Shown: positions 55,961-64,000 of the stretch, one piece after another
How positions within the stretch are numbered: position 1 is the first letter of the stretch
Layout: every line of letters starts with the position of its first letter
Origin: Minisyncoccota bacterium
Lineage (GTDB): Bacteria; Patescibacteriota; Minisyncoccia; Minisyncoccales; JAGOPM01
DNA: 64,000 nt
Direction of reading: 5' to 3'
Assembly: GCA_041651395.1 (NCBI GenBank)
Contig: JBAZJI010000001.1
Span: 635,920-699,919, forward strand
Made by a program: the position numbers and the translations under genes
The notes under the pieces: generated by a model
What the model saw: only the letters and a program-made list of their open reading frames with translations
What the model was told of the DNA's origin: nothing
Database searches by the model: none

Positions 55961-56998
55961 TTATTTATTTTCCTCTGGCGTGCTTGTGGCCTGCGATTGT
56001 TGTGAAGCAATCATCTTGCTCGCAATCTCTTGCGGGCGAAAGCCGTGCACCGCCCCAAAAATGGAATACCATGGGCGGTTTTCATCGATAGTGATAATAT
56101 TATCCTCACCCGCCCCGATATAATATTCGCTTTTTATTTTACCCTCAAAAATCCAAAACCAAACAAAAGGTTCCTTAACCTTAATCCGGTAAGCCGCCTC
56201 GCTTTTATTGATAACCAAGTCTATCCCCAATAGTTCCGTGTCGCTATTTTTGGTGACAAAATCCTTTACTTGGGCATATATCTCATTGGGCTGTATTTTT
56301 ACCAAATGATTACCTTGCGCGTTACTTAGCTCCAAAAAGCCATTATTATTGGTCAGATTTTCTCGAACATCCACCTCGCCCTTAACCCCCTCGATATCGA
56401 ATTTCAAAACCCCGCCCTTGTAATTGGGATAAATAAAAAAATTATACATCGCGCTCTTTAGATAGGAATTGGAAATCGTGGCAATGCCCACAAATGTGCC
56501 ATGCTCGGCTTTTAGTTTTTCCGTAATATTGCTCCAATCGATAACTTGGTCGTTGTTAATTATCAGCCGGCCGTTGATAAAATCAAAGTCTGCCAACTTT
56601 ACCAGAGAAACATCGATAAGCGGTTTTTCCGGCTTATTAGGTAAATAAGTTTGCGTTTCTCCGGCGATAAGATCCATATAAAAAACAAGCTTCTCCCCCT
56701 CGATACCAACATTAGCAATAACATTGGTGCTGCGGGAAAAATCCTTGGCAAAAATGTCACCCGGCCGGATAAAATAACTATTAACTTTTTTTTCTAGTTC
56801 CGGGGATAAAATTTTATGTACCCTGATAAAGGGTTTATCTAAAACATCACTCTCACTAAAAATCACTCCTTCATTTGAAGCAATGGAAGATGTGGGCATG
56901 GCCATACTGCTAGTAATAAAATTACTGCCTGTTTGCGCCAAAGCCAAAGACGGAATAATTGCCGATAAGGCTAAAAGTAATCTTACCCTCTTTCCCAT
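55961..56998 (-). CDS. secreted hypothetical protein
   Basis: Signal peptide MGKRVRLLLALSAIIPSLALA. Start set at 56998 because the paralogous fragment at 58801-58965 conserves this Met but not the upstream one. Confidence 0.55.
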   Translation of the reverse strand: MGKRVRLLLALSAIIPSLALAQTGSNFITSSMAMPTSSIASNEGVIFSESDVLDKPFIRVHKILSPELEKKVNSYFIRPGDIFAKDFSRSTNVIANVGIEGEKLVFYMDLIAGETQTYLPNKPEKPLIDVSLVKLADFDFINGRLIINNDQVIDWSNITEKLKAEHGTFVGIATISNSYLKSAMYNFFIYPNYKGGVLKFDIEGVKGEVDVRENLTNNNGFLELSNAQGNHLVKIQPNEIYAQVKDFVTKNSDTELLGIDLVINKSEAAYRIKVKEPFVWFWIFEGKIKSEYYIGAGEDNIITIDENRPWYSIFGAVHGFRPQEIASKMIASQQSQATSTPEENK

Positions 56999-57250
56999 AA
57001 CAATAATTTTAGCACTACGGCGCCAAATTGCCATAATGCTAGCTCGGCCAGTATAAACTTCGAGTCCATTTTACCTAGTCCGCCAAAGGAAATCCGCACC
57101 AGATGTGCGGATTTCCTTTGGAGTGGTATTTTTTGAAAAAAGCTAGAATATTTTTGACGAAAATCCTGAAAATTTATTTGGACTCAGCTGGGCAGAGTAT
57201 TTTTCTGGAGAGATGGTTTTACTTTTCCATCCGTACAAAAACTTATTGCC

Positions 57251-57640
57251 TCAATTCTTGTTACCGCAATTCAAGCAAAATCCTCTATGCACACAAATAG
57301 TCCCGCCGCATTTTTTACATGTCCACTTCTCTTCCTCTTTTTTCAGGAATACTTTGATTCCATTGTTTTTTATAAACTCTAAATTATCAATCATACTCAT
57401 ACCGTATTTTGTTTTGTATCTTTTGTTTAGATATTTCAATCTTTTACAGGGATATTTTTCACACTTGCCCGAACAAAACCGCCGTTTATTTTTCTTTAAG
57501 ATGTCGCAATTTTTGATTACGCATTTTTGGCAAGCCCCTATTGCTTCGTCTCCGCAACCCAAACAGCGATTCTTTTCCCGCAAATATGCCATACATAAGG
57601 CACAATTCATCCCGCAAGGAGCAATTAAATTTGATTTCAT
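57251..57640 (-). CDS. DUF3795-like Cys-rich protein
   Basis: CGMNCALCMAY...CLGC...CQKCVIKNC is the pattern of DUF3795. Confidence 0.65.
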   Translation of the reverse strand: MKSNLIAPCGMNCALCMAYLREKNRCLGCGDEAIGACQKCVIKNCDILKKNKRRFCSGKCEKYPCKRLKYLNKRYKTKYGMSMIDNLEFIKNNGIKVFLKKEEEKWTCKKCGGTICVHRGFCLNCGNKN

Positions 57641-57641
57641 A

Positions 57642-58349
57642 TTATTTGGCCATAGCGTTAAATTTTAATTCTTTGGGCATCTTTTCAATTGCATAACGCA
57701 GAGCCGTACGAGGCATTTTGTCTTTGTTTTTTATCACATAATCAAACACTTCTTTTTGATGGACCTGGCTAGCAGCTTTCAGCATCCAACCGTAGCCTTT
57801 TTGCACCAGATCGTCATTATCTAAAAGCAAAGTATCCGCAATTTCAAAAATATCTTTCAAAAACTTTCCATGTTTCGCTGGAATAATCAACGTTACAGCT
57901 GAGGCTCGCTTCATCCAACGATTGTCCGACTTGGCCCACTTTTTCAAATTTCCCAAATATTTCTGGTTCATTTCTATAAATGAGCCGATGGTATGATTGC
58001 ATAATGTGTCGCAGGATGCCCAATTAGAAACATAATCACTCACCCATTTTTCCAAAACACCAAAATCCGCCGGCTCGAATTGCTTACGAATAAGATAAGA
58101 AAAATGGCAGGCAATAAATGATTCTTCCATATAGCCCGACTGCCATAGCTCCTCGCACAAGGCAAAAACTTGCTTTTTGTTCATCGCCAAAACTTCTTTG
58201 TCAAAACTTTTGGCAATTTTGGTAACCAGGGCGGTTTTGACTCCATGGATTTTGACTTTTTCCTTGAAAAAATTCTGCCCTGTGGCGCAGGTATGCGGAT
58301 CACTTTGCCGCTTCAGTGCCGAACGGATTTTAGCAGTAGATACATTCAT
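57642..58349 (-). CDS. DNA alkylation repair protein (AlkD-like HEAT-repeat family)
   Basis: 235 aa, all-helical. The motifs NFFKEKVKIHGVKTALVTKIAK and NRWMKRASAVTL fit the family I recall. Confidence 0.65.
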   Translation of the reverse strand: MNVSTAKIRSALKRQSDPHTCATGQNFFKEKVKIHGVKTALVTKIAKSFDKEVLAMNKKQVFALCEELWQSGYMEESFIACHFSYLIRKQFEPADFGVLEKWVSDYVSNWASCDTLCNHTIGSFIEMNQKYLGNLKKWAKSDNRWMKRASAVTLIIPAKHGKFLKDIFEIADTLLLDNDDLVQKGYGWMLKAASQVHQKEVFDYVIKNKDKMPRTALRYAIEKMPKELKFNAMAK

Positions 58350-58519
58350 CTTTTCAATTTATTATACTGACCTTTGGTGATAAAAATCCGTCGGTGATTA
58401 TGACTAGCTAATTCCTGCTCCAGCTCATATCTTGAGCCGTAATTCCAACCAATGACTTTTTTCTTCTTGATATCAACGTCAATATAGAATCTGGTATCCG
58501 AATTTATTTTCTTTGTCAT
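58346..58519 (-). CDS. 57-aa hypothetical ORF translationally coupled to the AlkD-like gene
   Basis: Hand translation gives MTKKINSDTRFYIDVDIKKKKVIGWNYGSRYELEQELASHNHRRIFITKGQYNKLKR. Its TGA overlaps the downstream ATG (ATGA). It is below the ORF-track length cutoff. Confidence 0.35.
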   Translation of the reverse strand: MTKKINSDTRFYIDVDIKKKKVIGWNYGSRYELEQELASHNHRRIFITKGQYNKLKR

Positions 58520-58537
58520 AAATATATCGTAATTTAA

Positions 58538-58798
58538 TTATTTATCTTTCCAATTCCACCATTTTAATTTTTCCGGTTTTCGACCGCCTTCGGCAAAATA
58601 AATCGCTTCTCGAAAAACATACAATAGGCATTTGTCTTGCACTGTTCCGACATATTTATTACTAAGCTCATAAAGATTATCTGCATCCCTTCCTTTCAAG
58701 TCGGCAACAGAATGAATACCGATATTTTGCAGATCTTTAGCAATACTCTTGCCCACCCCGGGGATGATTTGAAGATTATTAGAATTAATGTCTTTCAT
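58538..58798 (-). CDS. helix-hairpin-helix small protein (Cdd1/pathogenicity-locus-like)
   Basis: IPGVGKSIAKDLQNIGIHSVADLKGRD is an HhH motif. Confidence 0.55.
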   Translation of the reverse strand: MKDINSNNLQIIPGVGKSIAKDLQNIGIHSVADLKGRDADNLYELSNKYVGTVQDKCLLYVFREAIYFAEGGRKPEKLKWWNWKDK

Positions 58799-58800
58799 AA

Positions 58801-58965
58801 ATTTGAAGCAATGGAAGATGTGGGCACAACCAAGTTATCAGCGATAAAATCCGTTGTCGTCTGCGCCAAAAGAAAAAACTGGCAAACTGCCAAGAATAAT
58901 AAAAAAAATGAAATCCTCTTCCCCATAATAATTTTAGCATTACCGCGCCAAATTGTCACAATAAG
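58801..58965 (-). pseudogene. 5' fragment (promoter-proximal region plus ~42 codons) of a paralog of 55961..56998
   Basis: A 26-nt exact match (58801-58826 = 56873-56898) and a ~45-nt near-identical block (58922-58965 vs 56994-57038). Encodes MGKRISFFLLFLAVCQFFLLAQ...PTSSIASN, then stops. Confidence 0.6.
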
Positions 58966-58998
58966 CAAAACCCGGACTTTTGTCCGGGATATTCCTGC

Positions 58999-59823
58999 CT
59001 ACTTTTCTTTTTTCTCCAGTATCAGCTTCAAATGAGTATTGTCTTTCAGCTCAATGCCGAAGTCCGCTTTCACCTGTTGCTTGACGAATGGGAGTATGTA
59101 GTGTTCATGATAGGAAATTTCGTAGTTGTCGGGCAAGGAAGAGAGTAATTTTTCGCGGGAAAGCGGCAAATAGTTCTCTTTGACTTCCCTGGGCCAATTA
59201 TCCGTATAACGGTATTTGAGCAAATAGTGCACCAAAGTTTTATTGCTTTCAATGGTGCCATACTCTGACTGGAACTCATAGAGACGCTTGTCCGCCTTGC
59301 GTAAAACCTTGGCAACGTCATTGATATCTGATGGCCTGTCGATTGCATTGCTGGGTATCATATCCCTTATCACAATGTAATCCCAAGTCCCACCAAAAAC
59401 TATTTGCCAAAACTTTTCTATCTCTTCGGCCGTCCCATAAGAGTATACTTCGTGAATAATCGAAGAGAGTAACAAAACACATTTTTGGCCAGCCGTTTTG
59501 TGCTTGGCCAGCGCGGCGCTAATTTCCCTCCAATCATACTCAAACGATACTCCAGGATTGTTTTTTTTGGCCAGCTCAACCATTTCTCGAGAGATGTCGT
59601 AGCCGTAAAAAAACCATTCGGGAAAAATCATCCGTAAAAAATGGATAAGTTGGCCATCAGCACAACCATAATCCACGATCACGCTTGCTCCATTGATCTT
59701 GTCCGCAAAATATATCTTGTCCAGCAAGCTCTGCCTCATTGCGAGATTATACTTGGTGATGTTTGGTATTTCTCCTAAACCTTTACTAAGGACAGATACT
59801 GCCCCTGATCCGTTCACTGACAC
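58999..59823 (-). CDS. class I SAM-dependent methyltransferase
   Basis: SAM motif VIVDYGCADGQLI. 274 aa. Confidence 0.65.
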   Translation of the reverse strand: MSVNGSGAVSVLSKGLGEIPNITKYNLAMRQSLLDKIYFADKINGASVIVDYGCADGQLIHFLRMIFPEWFFYGYDISREMVELAKKNNPGVSFEYDWREISAALAKHKTAGQKCVLLLSSIIHEVYSYGTAEEIEKFWQIVFGGTWDYIVIRDMIPSNAIDRPSDINDVAKVLRKADKRLYEFQSEYGTIESNKTLVHYLLKYRYTDNWPREVKENYLPLSREKLLSSLPDNYEISYHEHYILPFVKQQVKADFGIELKDNTHLKLILEKKEK

Positions 59824-59937
59824 TTTATACCTCCTTATTGGTTGTAAATTTATATGCCAGAAATGCTTTCCGGCTTTGTTATATTATATAATAAATCTTT
59901 ATTATTGTCAATATAGAACTTCTTAGGTCTCTATTTA

Positions 59938-59965
59938 TTGACTTTTCAAAAAGTTATGTTATCAT
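59938..59965 (+). promoter_or_regulatory. sigma70-type promoter (extended -10) for 59995..60288
   Basis: TTGACT, 16 nt ending in TGt, then TATCAT. This makes the ORF-track TTG start at 59938 implausible. Confidence 0.45.
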
Positions 59966-59994
59966 TAAATATTGCCCTATTAAAAAGGAGGCTT

Positions 59995-60288
59995 ATGGGA
60001 TTTTACGTCAACCCGAGCAAAGAAGCGAAAGAATCGTTTCTCGAAAGAGAAGGAAAAGAATTTCAAGTGGTTCCGAATTGGAACGATGTGCCCAAAGGAT
60101 CAATGATTGTCATTTTGGTAGACAATGGCCCGTTCACTGCCGCTGGAATCGCCTTCAACGAGAGAGAACTGAAGGACTTCACTGACCCTGGAGATCGGCG
60201 AAAGAAGAGGTACTTTATAGTTCCCGTTGCCAAACTCCTAGATGTAAGTGGCGATGATTTCAAAAATTATCTTTCGAAACTAAAATAA
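59995..60288 (+). CDS. hypothetical protein
   Basis: ATG at 59995 follows AAAGGAGG. 97 aa, with a terminator hairpin at 60288-60304. Confidence 0.5.
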   Translation: MGFYVNPSKEAKESFLEREGKEFQVVPNWNDVPKGSMIVILVDNGPFTAAGIAFNERELKDFTDPGDRRKKRYFIVPVAKLLDVSGDDFKNYLSKLK

Positions 60289-60424
60289 ACGCCTGAGGCG
60301 TTTTTTCTTTTATTCGTTGCCTTTTTCGTTAATTATGCTATTATCTAAAAGTATTGGCGGGGCCCCGCTTCACTAAGGCGATAGCGGTGGGCGGTCGAGC
60401 TTCAATAAAAAATTAGTATTATTT

Positions 60425-60509
60425 GGAGGGGTCGCATAGTGGCCGAGTGCGCGCGCTTGGAAAGCGCGTATACCGCAAGGTATCGAGGGTTCAAATCCCT
60501 CCCCCTCCG
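60425..60509 (+). tRNA. tRNA-Ser (anticodon GGA), long variable arm, no encoded CCA
   Basis: Hand-folded: acceptor ggagggg/cccctcc, anticodon arm cgcgc-ttGGAaa-gcgcg, variable arm tataccgcaaggtatc, T arm gaggg-ttcaaat-ccctc. Followed by a terminator hairpin at 60518-60545. Confidence 0.9.
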
Positions 60510-60714
60510 CAAAGCAAAGAAGCATCCTGAAAGGGTGCTTTTTTGCTTTATTACATGGAGGAGATGGGATGAGAATCCCGATAGGTCGGGAGGACTGGGC
60601 CTTGAAACAAAACCAGCAGACTCTGGCTGAAAGGCGAACTCCTCCCCACACCTATGACTCGAAGGCGAATCCTTATATTAGACAAAACACTAATTTTATT
60701 GTATACTTAATTAT

Positions 60715-61989
60715 ATGAACCAGAACGAACAAACTGACAACCACGGATTTTCTAATCTCGGAATCTCACCGTATATACTGCAAATCCTAAGCCAGCTCAA
60801 TTACACTACCCCTACCCCCATCCAAAAACAGGCCATACCTATTGCTTTGGAGGGAAAAGATTTAGTCGGCATCGCCCAAACAGGAACCGGAAAAACCCTG
60901 GCCTTTGGCATACCCTTAATCCAACGGCTAATGCAGAATAAAGGCGTCGGCTTGATTGTCTTGCCTACCAGAGAGCTTGCCCTGCAAGTGGAAGAGTCTC
61001 TAAAAAGAATAACTGACAAGCAAAATTTGCGTTTGGCAGTTTTAATTGGTGGCGTTTCGATGCGCCCGCAAATCAATGCCTTGAACCGCAACCCACATAT
61101 AATCATCGCAACTCCCGGAAGATTAAACGACCATTTACAGCAAGGCACGGCCCGCATGAAAAATGTTAAAATCGTCATCTTGGATGAGGCGGATAGGATG
61201 CTTGATATGGGGTTTGCTCCGCAGATAAAAATGATATTCCAGTATGTACCTAAAGAAAGGCAAACCATGCTTTTTTCAGCTACTCTTGCCCCAGAAATCA
61301 TGAAAATGGCCAACGGCCTTCTTAAGCTCCCAATCCGCGTTGAAGTGGCGCCGGCCGGAACAGTGGCAGATTTTTTAACCCAAGAAATATTTATTGTCAA
61401 AAAGGAAGAAAAGCTGCGTGTCACGGAAAAAATCTTAGAGCAATATAAAGGCCCTACTTTGATTTTTACAAGGACAAAATTCGGCGCGAAAAAACTCACT
61501 CGGGCAATAAGGATGATGGGCCATAGCGCCGCGGAAATACACTCTAACCGCTCGCTTTCCCAGCGCAAAGAAGCCTTGGAAGGATTTAAGGCTGGCAGGC
61601 ATCGTATTTTAATTGCCACTGATATTGCCTCCCGCGGCATTGATGTTACCGGTATTGAACTGGTCTTAAACTTCGATTTGCCCAGCAACTCCGAAGACTA
61701 TGTGCACCGCATCGGTAGAACGGCCAGAGCCGGAGTAGATGGCCATGCCATTTCCTTAGTCGGCCCGGAGCAAAGGCAGGATCTGCGCGCCATCGAAAGG
61801 CTAATCAGAAAACCTCTGCCGATTTCTCCCACCCCGCAGCTTGCACCCTTAAAGCCAATAACTCCCGTTCAGCCACCTACCCCACCACAGGTAAAACAAC
61901 CATTTCACCACAGGCCGAATAACTTCAGCCGGAGGCATAATTCTTTTAATCGCAGACAAAAACCCAGACAGAATAACTTTCCGGCTTGA
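60715..61989 (+). CDS. DEAD-box ATP-dependent RNA helicase
   Basis: Q motif/GISPY, AQTGTGKT, PTRELA, DEAD (LDEADRM), SAT, and HRIGRTARAG motifs. Basic C-terminal tail. Confidence 0.9.
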   Translation: MNQNEQTDNHGFSNLGISPYILQILSQLNYTTPTPIQKQAIPIALEGKDLVGIAQTGTGKTLAFGIPLIQRLMQNKGVGLIVLPTRELALQVEESLKRITDKQNLRLAVLIGGVSMRPQINALNRNPHIIIATPGRLNDHLQQGTARMKNVKIVILDEADRMLDMGFAPQIKMIFQYVPKERQTMLFSATLAPEIMKMANGLLKLPIRVEVAPAGTVADFLTQEIFIVKKEEKLRVTEKILEQYKGPTLIFTRTKFGAKKLTRAIRMMGHSAAEIHSNRSLSQRKEALEGFKAGRHRILIATDIASRGIDVTGIELVLNFDLPSNSEDYVHRIGRTARAGVDGHAISLVGPEQRQDLRAIERLIRKPLPISPTPQLAPLKPITPVQPPTPPQVKQPFHHRPNNFSRRHNSFNRRQKPRQNNFPA

Positions 61990-62041
61990 CAAGCTAGCGC
62001 GGCTGCGCGATAAAAGACAGATCTTTCATAAGGAGGATAAT

Positions 62042-62260
62042 TTGAAAATGCATAATTTTTGGCGATCAATACTTGATGGTCTTGCCTCAATCGGTGAGGA
62101 TTTTGCCCTAATATTTAGTTTTGGCGCAAGCCGAGAGGTCCCTCACAGCTACCGGGAAATTTTAATGAAAACCGACAGCCAAGCCATACGCGAAGATTGG
62201 GAAAAAATTGGCGACGCCTTTAGGACGGCAATCGCAAACCAAAAAACAAAAAGCGGATAA
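62042..62260 (+). CDS. hypothetical small protein
   Basis: 72-aa ORF after AAGGAGG, starting at TTG 62042 or ATG 62048. The stop lies in the loop of a terminator hairpin (62248-62275). Confidence 0.45.
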   Translation: MKMHNFWRSILDGLASIGEDFALIFSFGASREVPHSYREILMKTDSQAIREDWEKIGDAFRTAIANQKTKSG

Positions 62261-62345
62261 ACAATCCGCTTTTTTACATTTTTTAGTTCAAATAACTAAA
62301 AGGTACAAAATTAAAACTTAGGGCTTGATTGGTTCTTGAGCTTAG

Positions 62346-64000
62346 TTATTTGGATTTCCCATATGGTATCTCTATCGTAAAGGTACTGCCTAAGCCTTGC
62401 CCACGCGACTCACCCATAATCTTTCCCTTATGCATCTCGATAAATTTTTTGGCAATATAAAGGCCAATGCCCGAGCCTTTAGTCTGCGACTTGGGGCCAG
62501 ATTCTCCTCGAGTAAATTTTTCAAATATATTGAGCACCTCTTCATGGGTCATGCCCTCCCCTGTATCGGCCACAGTTATTACCTGTTTATTGGCTCGCTT
62601 TTCAAGCTTAGCTATTACACTGCCCTTGTTCGTATATTTCACCGCGTTATCTAAAATATTAAAAATCACCTGCTCAAGCTTTAACCTATCAGCCATAATC
62701 GGCGGCAGCGGCTCGCTGGGTTTCTCAAAAACCAATTCCAACCCCTTTTCCTTGGCGCGTTGCTCTAATTGCCCCACAATTTCCCCAATCATTTTAGCCA
62801 AGTCCAACTCTTCGAGCTTCATCTCCATAGTCCCGCTTTCCACGCGCGTTACATCCAAAAGCTCATTAGTAAACTCAATCAGATTTTCATTGGAATCCTG
62901 CACGATGCGCAAAGGCCGTTGCATTTGTTCTGGCACTGCCCCTCCTTCGCCAGAAATCACCGAAGCGATATAACTTTTAATTACAGTTAGAGGCGTACGC
63001 AAATGATACGAGGCTAAAGCCACAAAATCGCTCTTTTCTTGGTCAATTTTTTTTAATTGCTCATTAGTAGCGCGCAATTCCTTAGTGCGTAGCCTTACCT
63101 GCTCTTCCAATTTTTTAGCCGCCACTTGAGCCATGGAATAATTGCGCGCATTCTCAAAAGCCACGGCCGCATGCAGAGAAAGATCGCGCAGAGTTTCAAC
63201 ATCCTGTTCGGAAAAATGCGCCCCGGAAATCTTATCCCCCAAAACCAAAAGCCCCGTGAGGCGATCTTCCATATACATAGGCACTATCAAGCTCACGCCG
63301 ATTTTTTCTAACAATATTTTGGCTCCGATAATCTTTTCCTGCTCGCTTGGGCTGTAACGCAAGGCGTTGGCCAACATCGAAAACTCCTCGCGGGAAAAAG
63401 GCAATAAAGTCTTTTTAGCATAGGAGATGATAAAATCACTTTTTACCACTGCCCCAATTTTGGGATAATCGAAGCCCCGAGCCGAAACAACCTCAAAATT
63501 ACTCCCGTTGACCAAAACCAAGGAGGCTTTTTCCAACTTCATGGTTTCCATAATTGTATCCATGAAAAGCTCGGAGAGCTTAGCTAAATCCAAAACCTTG
63601 GAAAGCTTGGAAGCCAAATCAGAAAACACCTTTTGATATTCGTAAATAGTGTAATAAAAAAACTTAGAAGCTAAATATTCATAAAAAGCAAATGTGGCCG
63701 GATAAGCCATAATGCCCACTACCATAATAATGGGCCAAACAAATTGTAGGGGCACAATATTACCCGCCAGACCGTTAGCGCCATAAAGAATAAAGGCACT
63801 GGCCACAACTGTAATAATGGAGGCTAAATAAATCAACCCGCGCCCGACAATAAAGCGGATGTCCAAAAACCTATACTTAGTAATCGAGTAAGCAAAAATC
63901 GCCGGGTAGATAAAAACTACCCAAATTCCAATTGGCGGAATATCGATATGATACCAAAGAGGAAATATGGTCAATCCGCCCAAAAAACAAACAAGCGCCG
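62346..64000 (-). CDS. membrane sensor histidine kinase (GAF-like + HisKA + HATPase_c), 5' end probably beyond the window
   Basis: H-box SYHLRTPLT, N box ILDNAVKYT, and G boxes DTGEGM / GSGIGLYI. The reading frame stays open to position 64000, and the listed start is only a TTG. Confidence 0.85.
   Translation of the reverse strand, partial: ALVCFLGGLTIFPLWYHIDIPPIGIWVVFIYPAIFAYSITKYRFLDIRFIVGRGLIYLASIITVVASAFILYGANGLAGNIVPLQFVWPIIMVVGIMAYPATFAFYEYLASKFFYYTIYEYQKVFSDLASKLSKVLDLAKLSELFMDTIMETMKLEKASLVLVNGSNFEVVSARGFDYPKIGAVVKSDFIISYAKKTLLPFSREEFSMLANALRYSPSEQEKIIGAKILLEKIGVSLIVPMYMEDRLTGLLVLGDKISGAHFSEQDVETLRDLSLHAAVAFENARNYSMAQVAAKKLEEQVRLRTKELRATNEQLKKIDQEKSDFVALASYHLRTPLTVIKSYIASVISGEGGAVPEQMQRPLRIVQDSNENLIEFTNELLDVTRVESGTMEMKLEELDLAKMIGEIVGQLEQRAKEKGLELVFEKPSEPLPPIMADRLKLEQVIFNILDNAVKYTNKGSVIAKLEKRANKQVITVADTGEGMTHEEVLNIFEKFTRGESGPKSQTKGSGIGLYIAKKFIEMHKGKIMGESRGQGLGSTFTIEIPYGKSK

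Noticed and set aside
60373-60651. 92-aa minus-strand ORF and 63-aa plus-strand ORF (60439..60630).
   Set aside because: Both overlap tRNA-Ser(GGA) and its terminator, and neither has an RBS.
60801-61688. 295-aa ORF antisense to the DEAD-box helicase.
   Set aside because: It lies entirely within a gene that has all helicase motifs. Its composition is typical of an antisense frame (Ser/Ile/Lys-rich), and it has no RBS.
1-64000. Looked for CRISPR arrays, rRNA genes, transposase/IS elements, reverse transcriptases (retron/DGR) and cas genes.
   Set aside because: I saw no regularly spaced short direct repeats and no ORF with RT, transposase DDE or Cas motifs. The only recombinases are the serine recombinase and its remnant.
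1-64000. Alternative genetic code (UGA as sense, as in some candidate phyla).
   Set aside because: Long motif-complete ORFs are intact under the standard bacterial code, and the 57-aa ORF at 58346..58519 ends at a TGA that overlaps the next gene's ATG. Recoding is not needed.

Overview
This 64-kb window comes from a low-GC bacterium. The gene content looks like a small-genome, CPR/Patescibacteria-type anaerobe, but that is inference only. Core genes, mostly on the minus strand, include rsgA, the dnaG-rpoD pair, a DEAD-box helicase, rubrerythrin, desulfoferrodoxin, flavodoxin, an RRM protein, a dGTPase-like HD protein, an MFS transporter, a sensor kinase, tRNA-Asn(GTT), tRNA-Ser(GGA), and many secreted or Cys-rich orphan proteins. 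The main feature is about 27 kb of accessory DNA (~9.97-36.95 kb) lying against the 3' end of tRNA-Asn. It appears to have accumulated in at least two steps. (A) An older, decayed segment (~10.0-19.28 kb) holds a 1975-aa protein (Cap4-like nuclease plus NACHT/STAND ATPase), a type II R-M pair whose methyltransferase is fused to a complete LexA-type self-cleaving repressor, an orphan structured non-coding stretch, and a C-terminal remnant of a serine recombinase. (B) A 17,671-bp element (19.28-36.95 kb) is bounded by a perfect 50-bp direct repeat. It carries a large serine recombinase whose 3' end contains the attachment site, small HTH/replication-type genes, and a nine-gene co-directional array: Fic, HsdM, HsdS, HsdR, a YgjP-like peptidase, then an unrecognised four-gene cassette (HNH-like, DUF4209-like/HEPN, 4-TM protein, small HEPN-like). 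That cassette and the LexA-methyltransferase R-M are the best candidates for undescribed biology. No CRISPR array, rRNA or transposase was seen. All family assignments rest on motifs read by eye from the translations. No database search was run.
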